Shown here piece by piece: positions 23,804-36,648 of a stretch of DNA of 64,000 nt. Source of the DNA: the human T2T-CHM13v2.0 reference genome, Homo sapiens. The stretch is taken from the NCBI RefSeq assembly GCF_009914755.1, contig NC_060938.1. One strand, given 5' to 3'. Made by a program: the position numbers and the translations under genes. Within the stretch, counting starts at the first letter, position 1. The number at the start of each line of letters is the position of its first letter. Below the pieces are notes generated by a model. The model ran no database searches. It saw nothing but the letters and a program-made list of their open reading frames with translations, and was not told the DNA's origin.

Positions 23804-26800
23804 TAGTAGATCATTTCATTGGTGAACAGAAATAATTTTACTTCTTTTCAAATTTGGATGCCTTTTATTTCTTCGTTTTCTGTTTCCTTTTGTATAAAGT
23901 TAAGCTGTTGATTTGATGTCTTCTTTTTAATGTATTTCTTTATAACTATAAACTTTTGTTTTAGAACTGCTTTTGGTGCATCCCATAAGTTTTGGTATGT
24001 TGTGTTTAAATTTTAATTTGTTTACAGATATTTTCTAAATCACTCTGTGATTTCTACATTGACCCATTGGTTGTTTAAGTTTGAGTTGTTCAGTTTCACC
24101 ATAATTGTGAATTTTCTAGTTTTCCTTCTTCTATTGATTTCTTATTTTATCTCATTTTGATTAGAGAAGATATTTTGTATAGTTTCAAGTTTCTTAAATT
24201 TGTTAAGAGTTGTTCTTTGGCTTAACATGTTGTCTATCAGGGAGAATATTCTACTTGCACTTGAGAAGAATATTATGCCATTTGGGGTTGGAGTGTTCTG
24301 TATATATCTGTTAGATCCAATTGGTGATAGTGTTGTTAACATCTGTTTCTTTATTAGTCTTAAACGTGGTGTTCTGTTAATAACAAAAACTGGATATTAA
24401 TGTTTCCCAGTATTGTTTTGTTGCTATTTCTTTCTTCAGCTATGTCAATGTTTGCCTCATATATTTGGCAGCTATAAGTTTATACAAATAGATATTCATA
24501 ATTGTTGTAGCTTCTTGGTAAAATGATTCCTTTGTCATTATTTAATTTCCTTTTTAATCTCATAACAGTTCTATGCAAGTCTATTGTCTGATATAAGTGT
24601 GACTATCTCTGCTATTGTTAGGCTCCCTTTTGCATATGATATCGTTTTCCATTATGTCACTATCAGTCTATGTGCAGCTTTAGATCTAAAGTGAGTCTCT
24701 TGTGGTCAGCCTGTCAGTTGATATTATTTAAATCAATTCAGTCACTCTTTGTCTTTCAATTGGTATATTTGACCCGTTTATGTTTAAAGTAATTGTTGAT
24801 AAGGGGGAAGTTATTATTGCCATTGTCTTCATTGCTTTTTGTAAGTCTTGTAGGCTTTTTTCCCTCCTTTCTTCCCTCTCAGCTTTCTTTTGTGGTATAT
24901 TGGCTATTTTGTAGTTGTATGTGACATGTTTTAATTTTCTTCTAATTTTCCTTTGTGCATACACTATTGGTATTCTCATTGCATTCCATACCACCTCTTA
25001 AAGTTATAACAATCTATTTTAAAGTGAAAATAATTTAACTTTAATCATATATAAAGACTCTGTTCCTTTATATCTCTCCCACTCACCAATTTATGTTATT
25101 GATTACACAAGTTACCATTTTATATTGTGTATCTAACAAAAATTTATAATTACATTTTATGCTTTTTTAAAAATTATACACCATATTTGAAAGTAATTTT
25201 CACACCTACATTACCATAATAAAGAACTCTATATTTATCTACATATTTACCTTTAGCAGATAATTTTATATTTTCATATCATTTTGCATTGCTGTTTGTC
25301 AGCCTTTTGCTTCAACATGAAGGACTACTTCATCATTTCTTGCAGAGCAGGTCTAGAGGTAATGAACTCCCTCTGCATTGGTTATCTTGGAAAGTCCTTG
25401 TTTTTTCTTCATTTTAAAATGACAGGTGTTCCAGATACAGTATTCTTGGTTGCAAAGTTTTATTTATTTTTGTACTATGAATATATCATCTGGTCCCTTC
25501 TAGCTTATAAGGTTTCTGCTAAGAAATCTGCTAATAATTTCATAAGAGATTTTGTATGTTATGAGTCCCTTTTCTCTTGTTGCTTTCAAGATTTTTCTGG
25601 AGGGGGAGGTGGGGGTGACTTTTGCCAGATTGGTTATGTCTAAATGTCAGTATCTTCAGATTGATCCAAGTTGGACTTGAGTTTCTTAAATTTATATGTC
25701 CATTTCTCCTCCAAATTTGGGGGATTTCTGACTATTACTTCTTTAAATAAGTTTCTTCTCCTTTTTCTCTTTCTTCTCCTTCTGGAACTCAATATGTATA
25801 AGTTGCTTCACTTGATGCTGTCCCATGAATGTTTTATACTCTCTCTATTTTTTCTTTTTTGTGTGCCCTTCTTGCTTCAGTAATTTCAAGAATTATGTCT
25901 TTGAGCTCCCTGATTCTTTCTTTTGCCTCATCAATATGCTGTTGAGTCCCTCTAGACAAATGTTAATTTTAGTTATTATATTCTTCAGTTCAAGAATTTT
26001 TGGAAGTCCTTCTTCATGTTTTCCTTATTTTAATTGATAGCCTCATTTTGTACGTGGACAGTTTTAATGATTTTGTTCACTTGTTTATCTCTTCTCTTTT
26101 AATTCATTAAAATATCCTCATGATGGTTATTTTGAATTCTTTAGCAATTCATATATCTCCATTTCTTTAGAGTTGTTTTTTGATGTTTAAATTTGTCCCT
26201 AAAATTGGATATGTCTGTTTCTTTGCATGTCTTACAATCCTCTGTTGGGAGTTAGACATTTGAAAAATCATCCAACTTTCTTAGTATTTGCTGTCTGATT
26301 TGGTACAGGAAGTACTTTCTCCACTCAACTTGGCTAGATTTTCTAGACTCTTCAAGCCTAATCTGGTCATTTTTTTTTTTTTTTTTCTGTGTGTATCTAC
26401 AACCTCCTAATTGAAATTTGCTAGTTTTGACACAGGAGGACCTGATGTTGACTGTCTGGTATTCTGCTGCATCTCTGGTGAGGTAGTAAGGTACAATACT
26501 AGCACTCCACCTAGTGTCTATCTATGATACTTCACACTCTGATGCATATTGATTGCCTTTGTTCTCAGAGGCACCCCATTTCTCTTGGTGATTACATTCA
26601 GATGGTGCTGAAACTAGTATCTGAGGGAAACATGCCTAAAATCATAACGTTGGAAATAGGTTCTACTTGTTGCCCTTCTCAAGGAGAAAATTGGAGTTGG
26701 AGGTTTATTCCAAATTAGGGAGAGTTCCTCTGGTGAGAGAAAATATAATGAATTTTGTCTGGAAAACAGAAATCTCTTAAGTGAGAGAGAGGCAGTTGAT

Positions 26801-26899
26801 TTGTTTACTGTTGTTACATCTGTTTCTCTGAAGGGGCAGGAAGGTTTATAGCTTTTTATTTAATCATCTTGCTGATGTTATACACTCTACATGAATTTA

Positions 26900-28520
26900 T
26901 ATATTTTATATCATTCTTATAAATTATCAGTTTATATTAATTTAATTTGAGCTTTGGTTCTTTGTTCTAAAGGTTAACATATTTATTTAAAATTATGGAT
27001 AACAGTTTATCAACTGTGCAACATATTGCAAATGTCTTATCATAGTCTGTAATATAGTTTGGCTCTGTCCCCACCCAAACCTCATCTTGAATTATAACTC
27101 CCACAATTTCCACATTTTGTGGGAGGAACCTGGTGGGAAGTAATTGAATCATGGGGGCAGGTCTTTCCCATGCTGTTCTCATGATAGTGAATAAGTCTCA
27201 TGAGGTATGGTGCTTTTAAAAACGGGAGTTTCCCTGCACAAACTCTCTCTCTCTTTGCCTGCTGCCATCCATGTAGACGTGACTTGCTCCTCCTTGCCTT
27301 CAGCCATGATTGTGAGACCTTGCCAGCCACTTGGAACAGTAAGTCCATTAAACCTCTTTCTTTTGCAAATTGCCCAGACTTGAGTATGTCTTTATCAGCA
27401 GCATGAAAATTGGTTAATACAGTCTGAATTTATTTTTTACATAGTTTGTGGTGTTTTGAAAAGCATTTAAAATTATTTTTAGGAAGACAATGTATTAATT
27501 CTTTCTTATGGATGTCATTTAAAAAGGATTAAAAAGGTTTTCTAAATACAATTATATGTCTCAGTCGTATGAGATGGCTTCTTTATTGGGTGCTAATTTT
27601 CTGTAAGTATTTAGATCTATTACTATATTTTCTATTCTAATGAATGCATCTGTTTATCTATTCATTAGCCAATACCACACTGCACTACAGTAATTATACA
27701 TGCTTTGCACTGTTATTTAATATATTTTATGACTAGATCTTCTTTTTACTTTTTGTTTTCAATATTTAATTCAGTGGGTTTTTTCTTCGTATGAAATCTA
27801 ATACCAATTGGCCTAAGTCCATAAGAAAGATATTTAGCATTTTTATCAAATAGCCATAAATTTAAAAATTAATTTAGGGGAACTACATTCAGAAAAAGGA
27901 GGGCTTTCTTTTTTTCCATATGTTCAAACCTATTTTTGTGTTTTTCAGAGTGTTTTAGTTTTTCTAACATAAGTTTTGTATATTTCTTGTAAAGTATTTT
28001 CTTAAGTGTTTATCTTTCTTTTTATTAAAAATCATGCTTTCTATCATTGCTGTCTTTGTCAGTGTTTATGAATATGAAGGATATTTTTATGTATAATATT
28101 TTCATACCTTGCTATTGTTCTGAATTATTTTATTGATTTTGTTAATCTTATTATGGATTCTTCTCAGTATTTCAAGTATACTATTGTTTTATCTGCTAAT
28201 AAAGTTGAAAAAATTTTTTATGTTATTATTCCCAAAATCAATTTATCTTATCTAGTAGAATTATCTAATACCTCTAGTGTGTTGTTGAAGAGTAGAATAA
28301 TGTGCAACTTTGTCTTTTTTTCTAGTTTTAGTTGGGAAGCCTCAGTATTTTTTTTTTTTTTACTAAGACATTAGATTTAGTAATTGGCATATTTTATAAT
28401 GTTAAGAAGTATACCTTCATTTTTATGTCCTTGAGTGTTCTTTTCATGACTGAGTGTTGATTTTATTCAAAAGCTTTTGCAGCACGGATGGAAATAATTA
28501 CAAGTTTTCTTCAGATATAT
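26900..28520 (-). mobile_element. Ancient L1 (L1ME-type) ORF2 relic, interrupted by THE1
   Basis: atattgcaaatgtctt, gccaataccacactg, gttaagaagtataccttc..., gagtgttgattttattcaaaagcttttgcagc are antisense L1 ORF2 motifs. Confidence 0.6.
27050..27421 (+). mobile_element. THE1 (THE1A-like) MaLR solo LTR
   Basis: taatatagtttggctctgtccccacccaaa...ttaataca; perfect 5-bp TSD GTCTG at 27045-27049 and 27422-27426. Confidence 0.95.
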
Positions 28521-28529
28521 TAACAGGTG

Positions 28530-29000
28530 GATGAAAGTTAACTAAAACCAATAAGGCTTAGCAAGAGGGATTGACGATACACCGTAAATCACTTTATCAG
28601 GAATAAAAATCAAGACAATGTTATACATCCTTGAAATTTCACTAAGATAATAACGATATTATTGAAAAAGCACATTAATAATTTGATAACATAGATGACA
28701 TGAAAAAATACCTCAAAGTAGTCCTATATCTATTAAAAAATGAAACCATTATTTGCAAACTTGCCACAGAGAACACTTTAGGCCAAGAAGGCTTTATTGG
28801 TGTTTTATTTTTTCAAAATAGTAAGTAGTAAATAGCACTAATCTTGCATCTACTCTTCAAGAGAATGAAAAAATAAGAGTTTATAACTCATTTTTGGAGA
28901 GCATCATAACCTAGATGCTAGAGCCCAACAAGGAAATTTTAAGATATGAAAATTACAGACCATTTTCTTTTATGACATAGTTGCTAAATTCCTAAGGATG
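28530..29000 (+). mobile_element. Ancient L1 ORF2 fragment (sense)
   Basis: ggccaagaaggctttattggtg..., catcataacctagatgctagagcccaacaagg, aaaattacagaccatt...atagttgctaaattcct. Confidence 0.6.
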
Positions 29001-29150
29001 ATGTTGTCTTCAGCCAACATTTCTGCTGGTCTAATTGCTTTCCAAGTGGGGTAAACTAAACCTTCAGTTTTCAGAGGTTAAAAGACCTAAGCACATGATT
29101 GTCATGCATTTGTCAGAACATGGTTCCTTCAAGTGCCTATTACTAGTTGT

Positions 29151-29873
29151 TAAAACTGCCTTTGCAAAATTATAACAATAAGACTCCATTTTGCTTCTGA
29201 TCTCCAAGTCGTCCTTGGTCATTCCTGGGCATTAGTCAAGCTAATTTGGGGAGGAATTTAGTTTAAAGCTTAAGTTTGAAACAAGAATAATATTAGTCCC
29301 TCCCTAAAACTAATCCCCTCCACATTTGGGGGCTGAAACCACCTTTATAAGACTAATGAAAGGTCACAAGATTAGAATTATGGGAGGGGCCTAAACTCTG
29401 TTTAAATAGAGGCATAGTTTCTATAATCCCTTACTGCTCAGGAGTCATGTGGCCAGAAGTCACAGATTTGTGACTTCTCCAATTGCTCCTATAGATAATA
29501 TCACTATTGTCAAACTTACGACTGATTTTTTGAGATATTTTTCAGACTGATTCCACCAGAACTTGTGACTCACGTGTCAACTGGTCCTGTTGCCCCATGC
29601 AGAGGCAGACTCAGTGCACAAGGACTGTTTTCTACACCATTATGATTTCATCCCCAACCAATTAGCAGGACCCATTCCCTAGCCCTCTGCTCACCAAATT
29701 GTCCATTAAAAACCCTAGCCTCTGAGCATTCAGCGAGACTGCTTTGAATAATAACCCCAGTTCTCCCACATCACTGGCCATATAATAAAACTCTTTCTCT
29801 ACGGCAATGCTGTGGTTTCAGTGAACTGGTTTTGTCTGTGCAGCAAGCAGAAAGATCCCATTGGGCAATTACA
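29151..29873 (+). mobile_element. ERV1 solo LTR (LTR8/LTR8A-like)
   Basis: taaaactgcctttgcaaaattataac start; aataaaactctttctct poly(A) signal; ends cccattgggcaattaca. Confidence 0.85.
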
Positions 29874-30606
29874 TGATCGTAAGACATAGAAAAACATAGA
29901 GGTAACCAAATTAATATTCCAAATTGCAGGTATCCTATTCTCTACCACCACTATATGGCAACAATTCTATAGCTATTTGAAAATAAGGGTTAATTGCCCT
30001 TGCTGCTATAATAAATGTTTTCTATGCTTACTAATTTACTGGCAAGAGGTTCTCAAAGAAGAAGATTTCTAGTCCAACAGAGCACAAAATATAATAACAA
30101 AGATGACTACTTCTAAATAACAACACCCAATGCAACAGGGTCACTTTTGAGTAGGGTTATAATGTATCCACATTCTATAGTCGGCTTATACCAATATAAT
30201 ATGCCTACTAATCAAATATTCAAATATTCTATCAAGACCCAAGTATGTGGCCAGACTAGAACATCCCCATACAATATAGCAAGTTTTGTAACTTTGTACT
30301 ATAAAGTGAGCTTAGTTACTCTTGCCTGTATTTGAAGGATACCCATGGTGGTAAGCCATATACTTTGTACAAATTCAGAGTAGTAGTGTCCAAGATATTG
30401 CTGCAGAACCAGCAAACACGTTTGAAATGTTTATACCATTATGGATTATGCACAGTATAATCAATATGCCACCAAGTGATTAATATTCTCTTTGAAGACA
30501 TGACATATCAAAGGCTCAGGGTCATATTTTGCTGCCAGTAGTAGAGAAAGTCAGCAGTTAACAGCGTGAAAATGAACTCATGCTGTTAGGTTCATGCTTA
30601 GTCTCC

Positions 30607-33289
30607 TCATATACGGTTTGGATTTTTGTCCCTGCCTAAATCTCATGTCAAGTTGTAATCCCCAATGTTGGAGGAGGGACCTAGTAGGAGGTGATTGGGT
30701 CATGGGGTGGATTTCCCCTTTGCTGTTCTCGTGATAGTGAGTAAGATCTCACGAGATCTGATTGTTCAAAAGTGTGTAGCACTTCTTTCACTCTTTCTTA
30801 CTCCTGTTCCAGATATTTAAGACATGCCAGCTTCCCTTTTGGCTTCTGCCATGATTGAAAGTTTCCTGAGGCCGCCTCAGCCATGCTTCCTATACAGCCT
30901 GCAGAAGCATGAGCCAACTAAGCCTCTTTCTGGAAAAAAAAAAAAAAAAAATTACCCAGTCTCAGGTAGTTCTTTAAGCAGTGTGAGAACAGACTAATAC
31001 AGAACATTGGTGCTAGTAAATAAGGCATTGCTATGAAGATACCTGAAAACGTGAAAGCAGTTATGGGACTGGGTAATGGGCAGAGGTTGGAACAATGGGG
31101 GGCTCAGAAGAAGACAGGAAGATGAGGGAAAGTTTGGAACTTCCTAGACACTTGTTGAAGTGTTGTGACCAAAATGCTGATAATGATATGAACAAAGAAG
31201 TCCAGGCTAAGGAGGTCTCAGATGGAGATGAGAAACTTATTGGGAACTGTAGCAAAGGCCACTGTTGTTATGCTTTAGCGAAGACGTTGCAGGCATTCTG
31301 CCCCTGCTCTAGGGGCCTGTGGAACTTTGAACTTGAGAGTGATGATTTAGGGTATCTGATGGAAGAAATTTCTAAGCAGCAAAGCCTTCAAGATGTGGCC
31401 TGGCTGCATCTAGGAACCTATCCTCATATTTGTGAGTAAAAACTTGACATAAACCTGCAACTTATATTTAAAAAAGGAAACAGAGTATAAAAGTTTCGAA
31501 AATTTGGAGGCTGACCATGTGGTAGAAAAGAAAAGTCTATTTTCAGGGGAGGAATTCAAGCCAGATGTAGAAATTTTCATAAGCAAAGAGGAGCTAAATG
31601 TTAATAGCAAAGAGAATGGAAAAAAAATGCCATGAAGCCATTTTAGAGACCTTCATGGCTGCCCCTCCCATGACAGGTCTGCAGGTCTTGGAGGGAAGAA
31701 TGGTTTTATTTGCAGTCCCAGGGCCCCAATGCCCTGTGAAACCTCCAGCTCTAGCTGTGGCTAAAAGGGTCCCAGATATCTCAAGGCACTGTTTCAGAGG
31801 ATGCAAACCATAAGCCTTGGTGGCTTCCACATGGTGTTAAACCTGCAGGTGCACAGAGGGCAAGAGTTGAAGCTTTGGCGCCTCCACCTAGATTTCAGAG
31901 GATGTATGGAAATGCCTGAATGTCCAGGCAGAAGTCTGCTGCAGAGGTAGAGCCCTCATAAAGAACTTCTATTAGGACAATGCCGATATTAAATGTGGGA
32001 TTGGAGCTCCCACACTGAGTCCCCATGAGGGCACTGCCTAGTGGAGCTGTAAGCAGAGGCTCACCATCCTTCAAAACCAAGAATGATAGATCTACTAACG
32101 GATTGCACTGTGCACCTTGAAAAGCCACAGGCAATCAACACTAGCCCTTGAGAGCAGACATGTGAGCTGAGCCTTGTAGAGCCACAGGGGTGGAGCTGCT
32201 TATGGCCTTGGGAACCCATCACTTCAGTGTGGCCTGCATGTGAGACACAGAGTCAAAGGAGATTATTTTGGAGCTTTAAGATTTAATGACAGCCCTGCTG
32301 GATTATGAACTCACACAAGGCCTGTAGCCCCTCTCTTTTGGCTGGTTTCTCCCTTTTGGAACAGGCATACTGCCCAATTCCAGCACCCCCATTATATCTT
32401 TTTTAAGGGTTCATATTTATTTTCCAATTACTTTCTTTGATCTTACAGTATAGTGTCTTGGTCTCTCTACTGCATTCAACAACATGAAAAATCTACAACT
32501 CTGATGTCAACAGCAATAATTACTAAAAATTGAGCAAGCAATTTACAACTAACTGCAATTAAGGAAAATGGATTCCAGAGGTATTTATTGTAATAGCAAT
32601 AGTGTTTATGTGTGTTAAAACACAAATAGCCAACAAAACTTTATTACCTCAGGCATTTTTCTAATTGTAATATTTGCACAAATTTTGGAAATTGAGGAGC
32701 ACACTGGTCCCCTTATTGTATCTTGAAAATATCTAACTTGATTTTTATTTTATAGGCTCATAGGCAAAAATGACTTGCCTTTTTCCAGATGAGATTTTGG
32801 ACTGTGGACTTCTGAGTGAATGATGAAATGAGTTTAAACTTCGGGGGATGATTGTACTTTGCAATGTGAAAAGGACATGAGATTTGGGAGAGGCCAGGGA
32901 CAGAATTATTTGGTTTGGATTGTGTCTCCACCCAAATCTCATGTCGAGTTGTGCTCCCCAGTGTTGGAGAAGGGGCATGGTGGGAGGTGATTGGATCACG
33001 GAGGCAGATTTTCCTCTTGCTGTTCTCGTGATAGTGAGTGAGTTCTCATGAGATCTGGTTGTTTAAAAGTGTGTAGCACTTCCCCCTTCACTCTCTCTTC
33101 CTCCTGCCCCAGCATGTAAGATGTGCCTGCTTCCCCTTCATCTTCCACCATGATTGAAATTTTCATAAGGCCTTTCCAGCTATGGTTCCTGTACAGCCTG
33201 CAGAATTGTGAGCCAATTAATCATTTTTTCTTTATAAATTATCCAGTCTCAGGTAGTTATTTATAGCAGTGTGAGACTGGACTAATACA
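30607..33289 (+). mobile_element. Full MSTA MaLR element: 5'LTR ~30607-31001, internal 31002-32905, 3'LTR 32906-33289
   Basis: Two homologous LTRs (aaagtgtgtagcactt, agcctgcagaa...gagccaa, ctaataca); MaLR internal ORF relics 31095-31439; polypurine tract gggagaggccagggacagaa before the 3'LTR. Confidence 0.92.
32401..32708 (-). pseudogene. Orphan retroposed polyadenylated fragment (probable mRNA 3'UTR retrocopy or L1 3' transduction)
   Basis: Interrupts MST-int; flanked by cccccattatatctt (32386-32400) and ccccttattgtatctt (32709-32724); minus strand ends AATAAA-tatgaaccctt-AAAAAA. Confidence 0.75.
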
Positions 33290-34624
33290 CTATCTCTCAC
33301 ATGAGGGTAACATTATTCACATTATATTTTATAATGAGAAAGGGACTGAGCTTTATTAGATGAGTGGTCCAATTCACTTGATTGCTCAGTGCCTCTATTG
33401 TACATTAGTACATCTTTACTGATGGACGTTGACATAAAAGATAAAGTTCTGCATTCACTGCATGCATAAGTAAATCCATATACTTCTTCTACAGACTTCT
33501 TTTCCCCTAATTTCAAATCTTTTCCTTTCTGGCCAACCTATGAAGTCATTCATTATGGTGCAGAAGCTTATGAACATTTTTCCATTAAGTCTGTTCTTTC
33601 ACACAAGGTTGATGTCCAGACATGTTGCTCAAACTTTGTCTGTTAGAATCACACTCCCCCAAACCCCATGTGAATCTGTAGTGCAGCAGCACCCCATTTT
33701 TGGCTTATATCTATCTATCATGGTCGCTCATCTATAAACCAGACCTGGAATTTTTCATCATCCATCAGCTGGTTGTATGAAAACACGCCTTTTTATTCAA
33801 GGTTATAGTTATTAGTTGAGGAAGAGAACTTTGTGCAATAATCATAGGTGATATAGGAACATAGGCCACCTATGCATGTAACATTTTTGTCTTCTAGACT
33901 TGTTTGAACTCTTTCTCTCAAATGCCTCCTTTTAATCATATGGCAAACTGCTCCCACACATACTGCAATTTATGACTTCATAGATATGATAATAAAAGGT
34001 ATATGCTAGTGCGCTTTAGTAATACAGTCACTTGATATCCTATGGTCATGTGTGTAGTGTCTACTAGGGCCTGGTAGCATGCCAGAAGCTGACTTTTAAA
34101 CAACACATTTCTCTTCTTTAGAAAGCATAGACTTACTATAGAGCCCTAGGAGACTTCACTTGTTCTTCTCTTTACTGGGACTTACTAACAACTCCACAGA
34201 GTGAGTTAACCTACTGCAGTTACTAAAGCACCATGAGATCTACTAGGTCATATGGGACAAGAGGCAGAACCACTGTTCTACAATTTAAATCTGATGCAGA
34301 ATATTGTTTTATTCTGAATCCCAATAAGAACTTGCATCAGAATTTAATAAGTGGAAACAATTAGAATTTTCAAATGTGTTATGTTCTGTCTCTCAAGTTT
34401 AAGTAAGCCCACTGAGAGCAATCACTCTTTCCTAGTGACAGGAAGTGAAAGATGGAATAACTTCTTTTTAACAGCAGTGAAGATGACTTTGAATGCCACA
34501 GTTTTTATGTGCAATTAGCAATTGACTACTTCTTGCTTTCTGGTCATCAAGTTATCAGTTTCTGATATCTCATCCCAGGGATGTTCATCCTGGGGACATT
34601 CAGTTGGACTATTTGTGGCACAAC

Positions 34625-34965
34625 TGTCTTAGCTTATGTTCCTCCATGTGTAGACCCTGTGACAAGGATCCAAGTACAATTATATACTTGGGGGGTGGAA
34701 TAAATCCAGATAAAGAAGTGGCTTTGTAAAAAAGAAAATTGAAGGTATACAATAAAATGTGGCTTATCAAGTCAGCTACCACTTTTAGCAATTGGAACTT
34801 AATCTGCTTGTGAAATTCTGAGATGCAGTATATAACACACAGCTCAGAGTTAGCCTACCTGTGGTGTAAGGGAACTACCATATTTATGCATAGTTTCTAA
34901 TTCTCATCAGTTATTTGCTGAGCGTTGCTCTGTAGAAAGGTGACGTCAGTGGCACTTCTGGTCTG
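34625..34965 (-). mobile_element. LTR33-like ERVL LTR (5' LTR of the adjacent internal region)
   Basis: tgtcttagcttatgttcc...gaccctgtgacaaggatccaagtacaa; ctcagagttagcctacc...atttatgca...catcagttatttgctgag match antisense LTR33. Confidence 0.7.
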
Positions 34966-34969
34966 CCCA

Positions 34970-35186
34970 GATTGAAAATCTGAATATGAAAGTCAAATAA
35001 ATAAAGCTATTTAACGTGATCTTGAGTAAGAAAGACTTTTTAGAAAGAGTGCAAAGTATGCCAACCATACAGAGAAAAAGGATAATTGGAGAAAAAATAT
35101 TTATCAAAAGACATCATTAACAGAAAAAAAATGCAAGTCTCAGATAAGTAAAATATATTTGCAATTCATGTATCTGACAGAGAACT

Positions 35187-35230
<44 letters not shown>

Positions 35231-35790
35231 CAAAATAATTTTTCAGTCAAAGGAAAAGGCACAAAGAAAATAAAATGAAAGGGCCTTTAATACTCACTTC
35301 ACAAAAAAGATATTAAAATAACCAAAAAATATGGAAAGTTCTTCAACTTCATGAATCAATGGGGTAATGGCTGTTAAAACCACAATGTGATACTGCTACA
35401 GACACCCACCCCAATGGCTTGGAAGAATAAATAGATACCACCAAATGGTGGCAAGATGACAATGTGATATGCTGATTGTGATATTCTAAATTGGTGCAAG
35501 TGCCTTGGAAAACTTTCTGGAAGTATCTACTAAAGCTGAACATGTACATAAATCACATAGTCATGTAAAAGTAAGAGACAGGTAATGTGATTTAGGTCGG
35601 AAGTAATTTGACTTTTGGACTTAGGGAATGAAAGTAAGCAAATGGGGGCCTTCCATTTTGTTGGAAATATTATATATTTTTGACCTGCTCATTACACAGG
35701 TATGTTATATTTAGGATGGTTTAATGAACTGGATATTTACATGCAAATTTTTGTATCTATTGTTACATTGAACAAATAAATACAAATTTA
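34970..35790 (+). mobile_element. Ancient L1 (L1ME-type) 3' part with (TA)n at ~35189-35228
   Basis: atatttgcaattcatgtatctgaca, taaaaccacaatgtgatac, ccaaatggtggcaagatg, gtatctactaaagctgaacatg. Confidence 0.7.
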
Positions 35791-36331
35791 TTATTAAAAT
35801 TATTTAAAATTTTAAAATGTTTGAGTACTCATTAGTATATATTTTGACTCCAGGTTAAAAATCTATTGAAATAAAAATAATTTAATAGCAAAAAGCTTAA
35901 TAAACCTCAATATATTTTTACATAATAGATCATGGGCCCCAAAAAGTGTAATGGAATTTAACACTAGCAAAGAGAAGGAAATAAATATTAGAGCAGAGAT
36001 AAACAAAATAAAGAAAAGAAAAAAATTAAGGAAAAACAATGTTTCTTTCTATGAAGAGATCAACAAAATTGACAAAACTTTAGCTAGATGGACTAAGAAA
36101 AAAACGGATGACTCAAATTATGAAATAAAAATAAAAAGGATATTACTGTCAATCCTACAGAAATAGAAAGAGTATAAGACTATGCTATGAGCAATCATAA
36201 GTGAAAATTTGGTTAAGGTAGATAAAATGGACACATTCTTAAAAATATAATATTTATAAGACTAAGCTATAAAGAAATAGAAAATCTCAATAGACCCGCA
36301 AGGAATAAAAAAAAAATTAATTAAGTCAGTA

Positions 36332-36648
36332 CCATGTTCTTCCCTTATTTATGCTTTTGCTTTTGGCTGTTTCAGTTACCTGCAGTCAACCACAGTCCAA
36401 AAATATTAAATGAAAAATTCCAGAAATAAAAAATCATAAATTTTAAATAGCATAATGTTTGAGTGGTGAAATCTCATGCTGTCCAGCTCCCTCCCTGCTA
36501 GCCTATCAGTCATCTCTTTGCCCAGCATATCTACACTGTATATGCTAACTTCTCATTTATCGTTTAGTAGGGATTAATGTCGTTTTCAGTTTTAGGGATT
36601 CAGTGAAGGTCTTGGGATGTATATTCCACGGATAAGGGAAGACCACTA
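36332..36648 (+). mobile_element. MER44A (Tigger7-derived MITE)
   Basis: cccttat...tttcagttacctgcagtcaaccacagtccaaaaatattaaatg...ccacggataaggg..gaccact; degenerate TIRs. Confidence 0.85.

Larger units (their letters stand above)
21463..26880 (-). mobile_element. L1MB (L1MB2/3-like), near full length with internal deletion at ~23885; contains AluY
   Basis: L1MB 3'UTR at 21463-21800; ORF2 fragments (23089-23415, 24142-24342); ORF2 N-terminus MAIITSPLSTITLNINGSN near 24820; ORF1/5'UTR remnants 25300-26880 (5' boundary uncertain). Confidence 0.85.
29005..34624 (-). mobile_element. ERVL-class internal region (ERV3-16A3/ERVL-E-like), interrupted by LTR8 and MSTA
   Basis: Minus strand ~33400-33530 resembles the ERVL pol RNase H segment (WKIGDKEVWGRGMW-like, frameshifted); joins LTR33-like LTR at 34625. 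Confidence 0.6.

Noticed and set aside
31095-32134. MaLR internal ORFs (also 46011-47138)
   Set aside because: Fragmented relics of the MST/THE1 internal ORF, not intact genes.
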